Source of the DNA: a virus
Length of the DNA: 64,000 nucleotides
Reading direction: 5' to 3' (one strand)
Virus record (IMG/VR): IMGVR_UViG_3300032246_001892
Span: 27,287 to 91,286 of that record
The position numbers and the translations under genes were made by a program. Every line of letters starts with the position of its first letter. Position 1 is the first letter of the stretch. Positions 9,067 through 19,316 of the stretch are shown one piece after another. The notes beneath the pieces were generated by a model that saw only the letters and a list, made by a program, of their open reading frames with translations, did no database searches and was not told the DNA's origin.

Positions 9067-11217
9067 ATGCCTCCTGATGCATTTAAAGAACTTTTAGCTA
9101 AATTAGAAGTAGCTGGTCCCATAAACTCTAAGGACTTTCTCAAAATCCTACTGGGTAACGACACTTCATCTCTTAATTTAAAAGATGAGATTAAAAGAAC
9201 TGTTTTAACTAAAGTAAAGGAAATAGTAGGTTCAACCTTTATTATAAAAGATGCTGCTGAAAATTCAGTCGAGCAAATTAAAACAGCTACGGATAATATA
9301 AAGAAAGCTGCAAAACAGTATGGTGTTGATCTTAAAAGAATTCAAACCAACATTCCTACAGTAGAAGTTAAATTACCTTCCACGCCATCTTCACAAGAAG
9401 AACCCAAACTTTACAAAACAAAACCAGATGAGATTAATTTAGGTGATGATACTATTCAAAAACTTGCTAAAATTGTAGGTTTATCAAATAAAGAATCAAA
9501 CTCCTTATTAAAAGGACTTAAGAAATCTATAGATGATGAGAATGAGCATTTAAGTGGATTGGACAAGTATCTATCGAGTAAATCTGGCGGTTTATTAGAG
9601 ACTCTCTACAGCTTCGGTTCTTTGCTTTTTAAAGGTGGATTGGCTTTATTAGCAGGGAGTACATTTGGTCCTATTATAACGAAGACCATTGATAATATTT
9701 TTGGTACTAATCTTACTGGGCTATTCTCACCATTTAGAGAATCTTTAGCAAAATGGCAAGGATGGATAGATGGATTTGGGAAATGGAGTACATTGCTTGG
9801 CTTAAAAATGATGGGAGCAGCTGCTTCCTTAACATCAAAACTCGCTGGTGGTGTGTTTGGATCCAAAGCAGCTAAGGCAGTTAAAGCCTCTACAACAATT
9901 GCAGCTAAGGCTGGTGGGGGTGTTGTATCACTTGCAGCTAAAGCAGTAGGATCAGCTGTTGCTAAAAAACTTTTACCTGCACCCAAAGCGTCTACTCCTA
10001 AAGCACCGGTGACTAAACCAGCTGTTAGAACTCTTCCTCTGCGTGATGCTAGAGGTCGATTCGTGAAGGCTGCTGCAAAAACTGCTACCAAAGCAGCACC
10101 CTCTCTTCCTAAGGTTATAGGAACTGTAGCCAAAGGAGCTGCTAAATTAGGTGGAAATCTTTTAGGTACTATTGGCAAGAGACTCCTTACTAAGATTCCA
10201 GGTATAGGTCTCCTCATCAGTGCTGGTATAGGTATTAAAAAATTAATAGATGGTGATATAGTGGGTGGTCTTTTAGACATAACATCTGGTATAGTGGGTT
10301 TAATACCATTTGCTGGTATACCTCTTTCCATTGCGATAGATCTTTTAAGTGCCAACATAACAGAAAAAGCAGAAGGTGATCCGAAACGAAAGGGCGCGGC
10401 TCTAGGCAATATGTTTGGTGGACTCATGTCTTGGATTAAAAATAAAATATTTGCTATACCAGGTGTAAAGGCTATAACTGCAATTGGATCTTCTATAATG
10501 AAAGGAGATTGGAAATCTTTCTTGAGTAATGTTTCCTTTTTAATCCCTTCTTTTGGATTCTTGTCTAATTTATTCAATGATGTTAAAGCAGGTATTACAC
10601 CCAAAGATAAACCTTTAACATTTAGTAATTTCTTTTCTAATATAGGAAAAATTCTAATGCAAACCGTTTTGAAGATGTTGCCAGAAAGTATTTTAGGAGT
10701 TAGTGTAAGAGCAAGAGCAGCCAAGCTTTTGGGAGTTGAAGGATTTGGAGAACCTACAGATGGCAAAACACCTCCAACCAAAGAACCTCCTCAAAACCAA
10801 CAAGAACAAAAACATTGGTGGAGCTGGGGTAAAAATAAAGATAAGCCGGCTGTTTCAGTATTGCCTCCAGCAGATGCAGCTGCTATCACAGCACTTTCAG
10901 CTTCTATAAATAGTTATGAGCAGGGTATAAATGCTGATAACGTACCTCAGACTCAACCGGTATTTCAAGATCCTGGTTTGAAATTAACTCAAGATTTACA
11001 GGCTCACTTAAGTTCTATGAAAGAGGTTATGTTTAATATGTCTAGTAATTTTAAAGACTTAAATCAAAATCTATCGTCACAGAGTGGGGGATCTTTAGTA
11101 AATATTAGCAATTCAAGTTCTAATCAGTCATCAGACTCTTATATAAGTGGATCAAGGGATCCTATATTTGATGCTCGTTCTGATTGGTGGAATATTACAA
11201 ATAGAAGAGGACAATAA
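9067..11217 (+). CDS. tape-measure / baseplate hub protein (gp29-like)
   Basis: 716 aa, Gly/Ala-rich amphipathic segments (KIPGIGLLI, GDIVGGLLD); position between hub and tube-cap genes. Confidence 0.6.
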   Translation: MPPDAFKELLAKLEVAGPINSKDFLKILLGNDTSSLNLKDEIKRTVLTKVKEIVGSTFIIKDAAENSVEQIKTATDNIKKAAKQYGVDLKRIQTNIPTVEVKLPSTPSSQEEPKLYKTKPDEINLGDDTIQKLAKIVGLSNKESNSLLKGLKKSIDDENEHLSGLDKYLSSKSGGLLETLYSFGSLLFKGGLALLAGSTFGPIITKTIDNIFGTNLTGLFSPFRESLAKWQGWIDGFGKWSTLLGLKMMGAAASLTSKLAGGVFGSKAAKAVKASTTIAAKAGGGVVSLAAKAVGSAVAKKLLPAPKASTPKAPVTKPAVRTLPLRDARGRFVKAAAKTATKAAPSLPKVIGTVAKGAAKLGGNLLGTIGKRLLTKIPGIGLLISAGIGIKKLIDGDIVGGLLDITSGIVGLIPFAGIPLSIAIDLLSANITEKAEGDPKRKGAALGNMFGGLMSWIKNKIFAIPGVKAITAIGSSIMKGDWKSFLSNVSFLIPSFGFLSNLFNDVKAGITPKDKPLTFSNFFSNIGKILMQTVLKMLPESILGVSVRARAAKLLGVEGFGEPTDGKTPPTKEPPQNQQEQKHWWSWGKNKDKPAVSVLPPADAAAITALSASINSYEQGINADNVPQTQPVFQDPGLKLTQDLQAHLSSMKEVMFNMSSNFKDLNQNLSSQSGGSLVNISNSSSNQSSDSYISGSRDPIFDARSDWWNITNRRGQ

Positions 11218-11219
11218 TA

Positions 11220-12209
11220 ATGGCTAAATTTAATTATTTTTATATCGACGAAGAAAGTACAGAAGTTAATAATCTGACTATAAAATACCCTATAGCAAGA
11301 CCTACAGGTAGTGGTACTGTGGATGTACATGGTACATTAAGATGGAAAAATTCTGGAAGTGTTGATGAAGTTCCTCGTTTGGTGTTGACAGAATATTCAT
11401 TAGATTATGGTGCTTGGACTTCTAATCTAGCTCGTTTATTAACTGGAGCAGCTCAATTGCAGCAAGGTCAATTAGATCCTTATCAAGCATTGTACACTGG
11501 GAATAAAACCGGTTTTTATTATTCATTACCATATCTAATAAGACCTGGAAGTTCGATAAGAGGTAATATATCCAATACTTGGTCGGATTCAACTCAGGGT
11601 ATAACCGATATGGCTAAAGGCATTTTAGGTGGGGGTTCGTCTAAAAAGGCATTTGATATGCTTACTGGAGCCGGTGATGTTCTTGGTAATGTATTAACAC
11701 CTGGATATGGGACAGAACCTGTGAAGTCTTTTGCTACTACTAGTGAAAATACAATAACAGTTTCGTTTCCTCTTTACAACACTGGATCCATTGAAGATGC
11801 TAATAATAATTTCAGCTTCGTAAGTTTATTAGCATTTCAAAATTTAAAAACCAGAACAACATTCTTATCGTATCTTCCTCCTAAAATATATACTGTCGAT
11901 GGTTTATCTGATGGAAGTGTTTATATGCCAGCTGCTATTATCAAAGAACTAAATATAGAATCTATCGGAACAACAAGATCAATAACAGATTTAGGAGGCA
12001 ATAGCAGTTCTGATGGTAGAACATTAATACCTGAAGCTTATAAAGTTACTATAGTATTTCAAGAATTATTACCTCAAAGTTCTAATATTATGTGGGGAGC
12101 TTTAGGCGGACAAAAGGTTAAAGTTATAGTACCTGGAATAAATCCCTATGCTGGATCGTCTGGATCAACAGCAAATGCTAATAATATAAATATATTGACA
12201 ACTGCATAA
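11220..12209 (+). CDS. baseplate tail-tube cap (gp48-like)
   Basis: ITVSFPLYNT, YLPPKIY, PAAIIKELNIE, IPEAYKVTIVFQEL. Confidence 0.55.
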   Translation: MAKFNYFYIDEESTEVNNLTIKYPIARPTGSGTVDVHGTLRWKNSGSVDEVPRLVLTEYSLDYGAWTSNLARLLTGAAQLQQGQLDPYQALYTGNKTGFYYSLPYLIRPGSSIRGNISNTWSDSTQGITDMAKGILGGGSSKKAFDMLTGAGDVLGNVLTPGYGTEPVKSFATTSENTITVSFPLYNTGSIEDANNNFSFVSLLAFQNLKTRTTFLSYLPPKIYTVDGLSDGSVYMPAAIIKELNIESIGTTRSITDLGGNSSSDGRTLIPEAYKVTIVFQELLPQSSNIMWGALGGQKVKVIVPGINPYAGSSGSTANANNINILTTA

Positions 12210-12210
12210 T

Positions 12211-12570
12211 ATGAATAGAAAAGACATATCAACTTTACCAAAATTATCCTTATACAGTTTTGAGAATTTTTTAAACGTATATACTGATGCAGATACAAAT
12301 TACAATTTTTATAATTTGCAAAGAGCTATTAACGTAGTCCCTACAAACAATGAATCAGTAGAAGATGAATATGTTGTTACCTACTCAGATACCTGGGTTT
12401 CTATTTCTTATAAACAATACAATACTTTAGATTTATGGTGGTTGATATGTAACTATAATCAAATAGAAAATCCAACCAAAATGCCTACACCCGGAACAGT
12501 TTTAAAATTATTAAAATCTAAATATGTAGGGACCATATTATCGGAATTACAAAAACAGATTAGTCGATAA
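12211..12570 (+). CDS. baseplate wedge protein (gp53-like, LysM-like)
   Basis: DTWVSISYKQYNTLDLWWLICNYNQIENP...PGTVLK. Confidence 0.75.
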   Translation: MNRKDISTLPKLSLYSFENFLNVYTDADTNYNFYNLQRAINVVPTNNESVEDEYVVTYSDTWVSISYKQYNTLDLWWLICNYNQIENPTKMPTPGTVLKLLKSKYVGTILSELQKQISR

Positions 12571-12970
12571 ATTTTTGGACGTCAAAAAAGAATCTCACCA
12601 TCATATGAGTTTCTGATATTTCTTTAATACTATAACAATAGATATCGTTGTCTATTTTAAAGTAAAAAGAATCTTGTATAATATCATTAAACATTTCATG
12701 CTCAAAATCTATTTCAGGATGATCATCTAGATATTCTTCTACTTCCTTATCAAAAATTTGCTCACTTCTACTTTCAAGCTTATCAATAGATTTTTTGAGC
12801 TTTAACCAAGTCCCTTCTTTGTCATTGTAATCCAGAAGGATTATGGGGTATCTACTTTTGTAGTTAAAAACCTTACTGTTTTTAGATAAAAACAAGTAAT
12901 CTTGGGGTATTTCTTCTAAAACCATGAGATAATCAGCAAGGTCATCCCTTTTCTTTTTTGATTTCACCAC
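12560..12970 (-). CDS. hypothetical protein
   Basis: 136-aa ORF, GTG start, divergent from terminase. Confidence 0.55.
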   Translation of the reverse strand: MVKSKKKRDDLADYLMVLEEIPQDYLFLSKNSKVFNYKSRYPIILLDYNDKEGTWLKLKKSIDKLESRSEQIFDKEVEEYLDDHPEIDFEHEMFNDIIQDSFYFKIDNDIYCYSIKEISETHMMVRFFFDVQKFID

Positions 12971-12980
12971 TAAATATTTA
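12971..12980. promoter_or_regulatory. palindromic bidirectional late promoter-like element TAAATATTTA
   Basis: Perfect 10-bp palindrome giving TAAATA on both strands in the 16-nt gap between divergent genes. Confidence 0.55.
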
Positions 12981-12986
12981 TTAATA

Positions 12987-14870
12987 ATGCCAAAATTACC
13001 TAGAGACGATGATGATTATGAGACAGATCTTGATTCTGTTCCCTTGGATGAGATAGAAAATGGTGACATTTTAGTAGATGGCAAATATTTTCAAGGCAAT
13101 GAAAATATATTAAGACAGAACGCCACATTTAAATGGTCTGATGATATGATAGCAGAGCTTAAACTCTGTGCTAAAAGTATTTTGCATTTTGCGGAACATC
13201 ATTTTTATATTACTACATTGGATGAAGGTAAGAAGAAAATAGAACTTTATAAATATCAAAAAAAATTGTTAAAGGCTTTTAAGTCTAATAGATTTAATAT
13301 AGTATTATCAAGTAGACAGTCAGGTAAAACAACTACTATTACTATATATGCTCTTTGGTTAGTCTGTTTCCAAGCGGATAAAAGAGTTACCATTATAGCA
13401 AATAAAGAATCTACAGCCAAAGAAGTATTTGCTAGAATACGAATGGCATATGAACAATTACCGGTTTATCTCAAACCTAGTATGAAGTCTTGGCGTAAGG
13501 ATGGATTTTTATTAGCAAATGACTCGGCTATCACCATCAGTACTACTTCTGCTGCAGGTCCTCGTGGTTCTTCCAGTAATCTTTTAATTATAGATGAGAT
13601 GGCACATTGTCCTACGGAATTGATGAAGGAATTATGGAAATCAGCTATTCCCATTATTTCATCTTCTAAGAAATCTCAGATAGTGGCAATTAGTACTCCT
13701 AATGGAACTGATAACAAATTCTATGATCTTTATGAAGAAGCTTTAAAGAAAAATAGTGAGTGGAATTTAGAGAGAGTTGATTGGAATGATGTGCCTGGGA
13801 GAGACGAGGCTTGGAGATTACAAACAATAGCTTCTTTAGGTTCAGTAGAAGATTTCGAACAAGAATTTGGTAATGCATTTATACTGCCTGGTAAAAGCGT
13901 TGTAGATCTTTCATATCTAGATGCACTGAAAGCACAATCAAAAGATCCTATATTGGTTAATGATAATGGTTTTTATAAAATATATGAATTACCAAAGCCT
14001 GGTGATTTATATATCATAGGAGTTGACGTAGGTGAGGGTATAGGAAGGTCTAATACCGTGGCTCAAATTTTAAATGTAACTAATTTACAAAATATAAAAC
14101 AAGCGGCGGTTTATGCAACTAACTCTATGTCACCGTTTCATTTCGGGACAAAATTGATGAGTGTATTGACTGACTGGGGTAGACCTCCTATTTTAATTGA
14201 GAATAATAATAATGGTCAACAGGTATTGGATGTATTATGCCAAACTCACCAATATGAAAATGTTGTATCTTATCAATTTGAAGGTAACAGTAAACATTAT
14301 AACACTGAAAAGAGATTAGGTATTCACAATCATACTAATACTAGATACAAAGGCATTGCTAATTTTAGATACTGGATTAATGGATTAAAAGTAGTAGGTT
14401 TGAGTGATATAGATACCATATTAGAACTTTATAATTTCGTTAGACTTCCTAATTTTACATATAGTAAAAGAAGTGATAAAGATTTAGATGATAGAATTTT
14501 TGGTTTGATTTGGGCTCTTTTTATATTAGATCCTTCTTTAGTAACAAGATATTTTGTCGTGTCTGAATTAGATGATCAGGGAAGACCTCTTAAAATACAG
14601 GCATTGTATGACAATTCTGATATCATTTCTAAAAGTCCTCTTCTTATAGGTGGCGAATATAGTTTAGATAAAAATAAGAGATCTTCTGCTTTACCTAGTT
14701 TAATGCCTACTAAAGAATATAATGGCAATGCAGCTTTTGCAGATGAAGCTAATGATTTATGGAGATGGCTTCATACTCAAGCTTATACTGAAAAGGATAA
14801 ATTCCGAAAAAACCCAGATGAAGAAGATAAGTCTTCTATAGAGGAATACAGACCCATAACACTTTTTTAA
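12987..14870 (+). CDS. gp17: terminase large subunit (T4 gp17-like)
   Basis: SRQSGKTT Walker A, LIIDE Walker B, ISTPNG, FEQEF, nuclease GVDVGEG and DLDD. Confidence 0.95.
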   Translation: MPKLPRDDDDYETDLDSVPLDEIENGDILVDGKYFQGNENILRQNATFKWSDDMIAELKLCAKSILHFAEHHFYITTLDEGKKKIELYKYQKKLLKAFKSNRFNIVLSSRQSGKTTTITIYALWLVCFQADKRVTIIANKESTAKEVFARIRMAYEQLPVYLKPSMKSWRKDGFLLANDSAITISTTSAAGPRGSSSNLLIIDEMAHCPTELMKELWKSAIPIISSSKKSQIVAISTPNGTDNKFYDLYEEALKKNSEWNLERVDWNDVPGRDEAWRLQTIASLGSVEDFEQEFGNAFILPGKSVVDLSYLDALKAQSKDPILVNDNGFYKIYELPKPGDLYIIGVDVGEGIGRSNTVAQILNVTNLQNIKQAAVYATNSMSPFHFGTKLMSVLTDWGRPPILIENNNNGQQVLDVLCQTHQYENVVSYQFEGNSKHYNTEKRLGIHNHTNTRYKGIANFRYWINGLKVVGLSDIDTILELYNFVRLPNFTYSKRSDKDLDDRIFGLIWALFILDPSLVTRYFVVSELDDQGRPLKIQALYDNSDIISKSPLLIGGEYSLDKNKRSSALPSLMPTKEYNGNAAFADEANDLWRWLHTQAYTEKDKFRKNPDEEDKSSIEEYRPITLF

Positions 14871-14873
14871 TAT

Positions 14874-15473
14874 ATGAACCAGACCGTTTTAAACAGAGCA
14901 CGCAGTGATAAATTTCTTTTGGTATTAGATTTGCCTGAAGCTTTAAAGAATTCACAAGATGCTGTGATGCAATCTAACTATAAACCAAAGCAAATACAAT
15001 TTACAGTATTTGGATCTCCTGTGCCAGAAATTTCTGTACCAGAGATTTCGGTTGCTTATGGTGGCCAATCAATGAAAGTTTCAAGTATGTCTCGTCCTTC
15101 ATATCCGCCTTTAGAAGTTAAATTCTTAGTAGATAATGGATATCAAAATTATTGGACTCTCTGGAAATGGTTAGATCTGTTTAACAATTCTAAGACCAGC
15201 TCGTCTGATTTAAATGCTAATGTTAATATGCATGGAGAAGATATCAGATTAACAAATTCATTAGAAAAATATATATCCAACTTTTCTCTTTTTGCTTTAG
15301 ATGAATATGATAAACAAATCATATCATTTAAATATAGTGATGTGTTCATTACTAAATTAAGTCCTATAAATTATTCATACCAAGATCCTTCTGAAATTAC
15401 CTGCAATGCAACTTTTGTTTATAATCAATTGCAGGTAGATCTTTTAAGAGATGTAAACGTATCTTCTTGTTAA
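14874..15473 (+). CDS. tail tube terminator/completion protein (gp3-like)
   Basis: PLEVKFLVDNGYQNYWTLWKW, tube-fold motifs. Confidence 0.65.
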   Translation: MNQTVLNRARSDKFLLVLDLPEALKNSQDAVMQSNYKPKQIQFTVFGSPVPEISVPEISVAYGGQSMKVSSMSRPSYPPLEVKFLVDNGYQNYWTLWKWLDLFNNSKTSSSDLNANVNMHGEDIRLTNSLEKYISNFSLFALDEYDKQIISFKYSDVFITKLSPINYSYQDPSEITCNATFVYNQLQVDLLRDVNVSSC

Positions 15474-15474
15474 T

Positions 15475-17088
15475 ATGTCTGAAGATTTAAAATATATACA
15501 TCAGATAAGAGACCAATATTACCATATAGAAATATGGTTATATAATCAAATAGAAGGCCAAGAGCCCTTTTTAGTTCCTTTCTTTTTTGTTAATTCATTA
15601 GCTATAGAAGAGACTTTAATGAATTGGCCTACTAAAGGATGGATAGTTTTAAAAAATGATTATGAGATGTTTGAAAGAGGTGCTTTAGCTACTATTAAAA
15701 ATAAAGAAGCTGATAGGCCTAAAGTGGATGCTCCTTATATTTTCAGATCAGATGGACGTAATAGAATTAGTATAAAGATATATCCAGTAAATAAAAAACC
15801 ATTAAAAGACAATGCTCGGGAGATAGCAGGTGATTTACCACCTGATCTTTGGGAAATGAATTATGACTTTGTGGTTTATGATATAGAAGATCTCCCTACA
15901 GAAGACCCTCAACGTAAATTGAGGAAATTATATTTTCAAGATGAACGTCTGCAGATCATGAGTGAAAGAAATTTAGAATGGTCTACTTCTTTATATGGTC
16001 CTAATAATGGCAACTCCTCAACAAAAGATATACAGAGGACTATGCCAGCTAATTTGGCACTGAAGTCTATAATAAGTGCAGCAGCATCAAAAGATTCAAA
16101 TCCTAATAATGCAGACATGAAAGTGGGGTATGATAGTTCAGGTTCTATAAAGGATCCAAATATTAAATTTGATAATTTTGGAGAATGGGATGAGGGCCCA
16201 TCGTCTATTATGACTAATGATTTAGGTACTAATATTTTATATACATCCCCAGCCAATTCTAACGCCTTACAGGATTTAAATTATGTTTATAATAATGCAG
16301 TAGGCAAAGACGGGTCACCTGTAATATTAGATTTTGGAAGATGGACGGAGGATAAGAAATGGCATTTAAGACCTTTATCTAGTTATTTTAAAAATGCAGA
16401 GGACAATCAAATAGAAAGACTTTTATTAGAAGATGGATTAGATGCTACTACTTCACCTCCATATATAGCTAGAGCTCCAGACGGTAATGGTTCAGATACA
16501 AAAAATTTCATATCGGGTATAGCATCAAGAATTAAAAAATATAAATTTGCACCAATGGTTTCATCTGATGATGCTCGTATAACTAATAGACCTGTATATA
16601 ACTACGATTTTAGTAAAGGTCAATTTAATTCGTATTTTAAAGGAAATAGAGCTGAAGATGTTTCTACTAAATTACAAGATTTGGCTAAGGAAGGTTTATA
16701 TGCGTATAACCAAAAAGACAGTCAACAGATTTTATTAAACATTAATAAAACCAAATCAACTGGTTTGATGACTACTAATTATTTTACTCCCCAGACATTC
16801 TTTCCCAAAAATAAAACATCTCTTAGTATGATTAAAGATGCTTTATTTTTAAATGAAGCATTATATTTTCAGGCTCCGGGTTTGACTTTTAGAACACCAG
16901 GTAAATTTATTTTCGTAGATAGAACTACATCTAGTGATCGCAACCCCTTTGACGATAGGTTCTTAGGCCAGTGGCTCATGACTAGAGTTGTGCATTTATT
17001 CACACAGGATAAATATCTCTGTGATGTAGTTGCAGTTAAGGTAGATTCCTTTTCAAAGCTATGGGATCACATGGATACAAAATATTAA
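15475..17088 (+). CDS. baseplate hub protein (gp27-like)
   Basis: LAIEE near N-terminus; C-terminal PGLTFRTPGKFI...GQWLMTRVVHLF. Confidence 0.55.
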   Translation: MSEDLKYIHQIRDQYYHIEIWLYNQIEGQEPFLVPFFFVNSLAIEETLMNWPTKGWIVLKNDYEMFERGALATIKNKEADRPKVDAPYIFRSDGRNRISIKIYPVNKKPLKDNAREIAGDLPPDLWEMNYDFVVYDIEDLPTEDPQRKLRKLYFQDERLQIMSERNLEWSTSLYGPNNGNSSTKDIQRTMPANLALKSIISAAASKDSNPNNADMKVGYDSSGSIKDPNIKFDNFGEWDEGPSSIMTNDLGTNILYTSPANSNALQDLNYVYNNAVGKDGSPVILDFGRWTEDKKWHLRPLSSYFKNAEDNQIERLLLEDGLDATTSPPYIARAPDGNGSDTKNFISGIASRIKKYKFAPMVSSDDARITNRPVYNYDFSKGQFNSYFKGNRAEDVSTKLQDLAKEGLYAYNQKDSQQILLNINKTKSTGLMTTNYFTPQTFFPKNKTSLSMIKDALFLNEALYFQAPGLTFRTPGKFIFVDRTTSSDRNPFDDRFLGQWLMTRVVHLFTQDKYLCDVVAVKVDSFSKLWDHMDTKY

Positions 17089-17089
17089 A

Positions 17090-17407
17090 ATGAATAGAGA
17101 TCAATTAAAAAATAGATTACAACAGACTCGTATTAATCAATTAGCTTCTTCAAATAAACAGCCTAATCAATTTCCATCCAAAATACAAATGGCAAAGAAT
17201 ATAGGTCAGAGTATTGTGAGAAACGTGACTAGTGTAGCAGCCGGAAACGGTCTCAAGATATCTGAAGAAGATGCTCAGTCTAGATTAGCCATCTGCCGCG
17301 GTTGTGATTTCTTTAATAAAGACCAAGAGAGATGTACCAAATGTGGGTGTTATATGGCTACTAAAACATATCTCAAGGCTGAAAAATGTCCTATTGGAAA
17401 GTGGTAG
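17090..17407 (+). CDS. small Cys-rich (putative Zn-binding) protein
   Basis: RLAICRGC...CTKCGC...KCPIGKW. Confidence 0.7.
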   Translation: MNRDQLKNRLQQTRINQLASSNKQPNQFPSKIQMAKNIGQSIVRNVTSVAAGNGLKISEEDAQSRLAICRGCDFFNKDQERCTKCGCYMATKTYLKAEKCPIGKW

Positions 17408-17984
17408 AGAAATATTTGTCTATTACTTCTATTGCCTTTTCTCTTATTAATTTTTCATAATTAATATTATCTTTAGTATAGACTACAACATCAGCCTCTC
17501 TTTTTATTATCTCATTATTAATTCTTTCGAATTCATTAGCAGGATTAAGTCCTTCTCTTTCTATATAAACTAATAATCCTTTCATTTCATTTTTTAACCA
17601 AAAAATTTCGTCTTTTGGATATTCTGTGTATCTCATATCTGTTATAATAGATATGTTATTGTTCCTGAATTCTTTATTACCTTGTAGATGCTCTATAAAA
17701 TAGCGTCCTTCTGTAGTGTTTCTCATTAATCTCCCGTACTCAACCATGATAGGTCTAAGCAAGGTTTTTTCATTATCATCTTGTGTATATAATGATATAT
17801 TAGTCTTGGATTGTATCAGGTCGTTTAAATCTTTACGTATATAATCACCTGCTATAGAAAATCTTTTAGCTGGTATGTGGTATTCTGTTTTAAAAACTTC
17901 TATTAAAGCCTTTCCTAAGGAATCTTTACCAGCTCTTGCATGCCCTGCTAAACCTATAGGAGGGTAAAATATGCTGTTAACCAT
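17391..17984 (-). CDS. deoxynucleoside monophosphate kinase (T4 gp1-like)
   Basis: IGLAGHARAGKDS P-loop, RPIMVEYG, IITDMRY. Confidence 0.75.
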   Translation of the reverse strand: MVNSIFYPPIGLAGHARAGKDSLGKALIEVFKTEYHIPAKRFSIAGDYIRKDLNDLIQSKTNISLYTQDDNEKTLLRPIMVEYGRLMRNTTEGRYFIEHLQGNKEFRNNNISIITDMRYTEYPKDEIFWLKNEMKGLLVYIEREGLNPANEFERINNEIIKREADVVVYTKDNINYEKLIREKAIEVIDKYFSTTFQ

Positions 17985-18005
17985 AAGTTATTATATTAGA
18001 TTAAT

Positions 18006-19313
18006 ATGTCACAAAATCCAGAACTTATTATAAAGAATTTAGAATTAGCTGCTAATTTGAGTGCTAAAACTAAGCCTTCAAACAGCGCAATCAAAGCTTT
18101 GGCTTCTGATAGCAATGAATATGCTGGTTTTTTAGCTATCTTCGCATATGGTCAAGATGCTATGTATCGTACATATAATTTAGTGCCTGGAAGAGCCTCC
18201 TATAAAATTACTCCAGAAGGTTATGGTAATTTAATGAGTAGGCTAGGGACCCTCAAATTGTTAGATCAATTAAAAACTCAGACACCTGCCGGGAAAAAGG
18301 GTGATTTGGTAATTCCAAATTATTTGGGTATTTCCAGTCGTATGGCACCACAAATGAATTTGAACCCAATGACCGGACCGGGAGTCAATACTCCTTGTCT
18401 AGGTGCAGATTTATTAAACAGTATCCATCCTGGAATGGTAGACGCAATAGAAAATACTTGTAATATAATTCGTACTAGATCCTATCTTTCATTACCTCCA
18501 GGAGCATTTGGTGGTCTACAATCTGTACTTTATCAAATACAAGGTGCGGTCAATTCTTTTATGCAAGCCCTTTATGATTTATATCAAGGAGTGATGTTAG
18601 TAATGCAACAATTTGCTCAAGTTATAAACGGTATTATGGCATCTATAAACCAATATGTTTACAATTTAATATCGAGCATCATACCTTTGGATTTGATTTG
18701 TGCTATACTCGGTGCTGCTCAGAGTTTATTAGATGATATAGCATTTTTTGCTTCTCTCTTTAATGGGTCGGATAGTCTTTTTAATACTATTAATTCTATA
18801 CAGACAGTTATAAACTATGCTTCTATAGGTTTAAATTATGCTTATAATCCCATCAGTCTTTTAACTTTGATTCCGGGAGTGGGTGATGTGATAAATTCAC
18901 TCTCAGATTTAACAGCAAATCCAGAAGCATTTTTAGGACAATTAATTTCTAATTTTGGATTTTCAGCCGGTGCTAATAATTCTGCATTACAAACAGCCAA
19001 TGCAATTCTCTTACATTATGGGTTGATGGGTCAATTAGGTCCTTTAGGTGGCATAATGTTACAGGCAGGAGTTGCTGGTAATAATAGTCAATGGTATAGA
19101 ACTTCAAATCCTGGCACTGGTGATTTTGGTATGGGGAGTGGAATAGTTCCTCCTAATCCAATGTATTTAAATCCTGATAATCCTCTAGCAGCACTGGATG
19201 TGAATTCTAATCCTTATTTCAAAGCTTTCAAAACTGATATTGGGGATTTTACGGCTGATGTAAGTAATTTAGCAAACCTTGCTAAAGATAGTGTAACTGA
19301 TTTAGTTAAATAA
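18006..19313 (+). CDS. putative virion structural protein
   Basis: 435-aa helical ORF immediately upstream of the gp5-like genes. Confidence 0.45.
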   Translation: MSQNPELIIKNLELAANLSAKTKPSNSAIKALASDSNEYAGFLAIFAYGQDAMYRTYNLVPGRASYKITPEGYGNLMSRLGTLKLLDQLKTQTPAGKKGDLVIPNYLGISSRMAPQMNLNPMTGPGVNTPCLGADLLNSIHPGMVDAIENTCNIIRTRSYLSLPPGAFGGLQSVLYQIQGAVNSFMQALYDLYQGVMLVMQQFAQVINGIMASINQYVYNLISSIIPLDLICAILGAAQSLLDDIAFFASLFNGSDSLFNTINSIQTVINYASIGLNYAYNPISLLTLIPGVGDVINSLSDLTANPEAFLGQLISNFGFSAGANNSALQTANAILLHYGLMGQLGPLGGIMLQAGVAGNNSQWYRTSNPGTGDFGMGSGIVPPNPMYLNPDNPLAALDVNSNPYFKAFKTDIGDFTADVSNLANLAKDSVTDLVK

Positions 19314-19316
19314 AAT

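Noticed and set aside
9606-10781. 391-aa antisense ORF inside the tape-measure-like gene
   Set aside because: In-register shadow of a Gly/Ala/Lys-rich region; no motif or promoter
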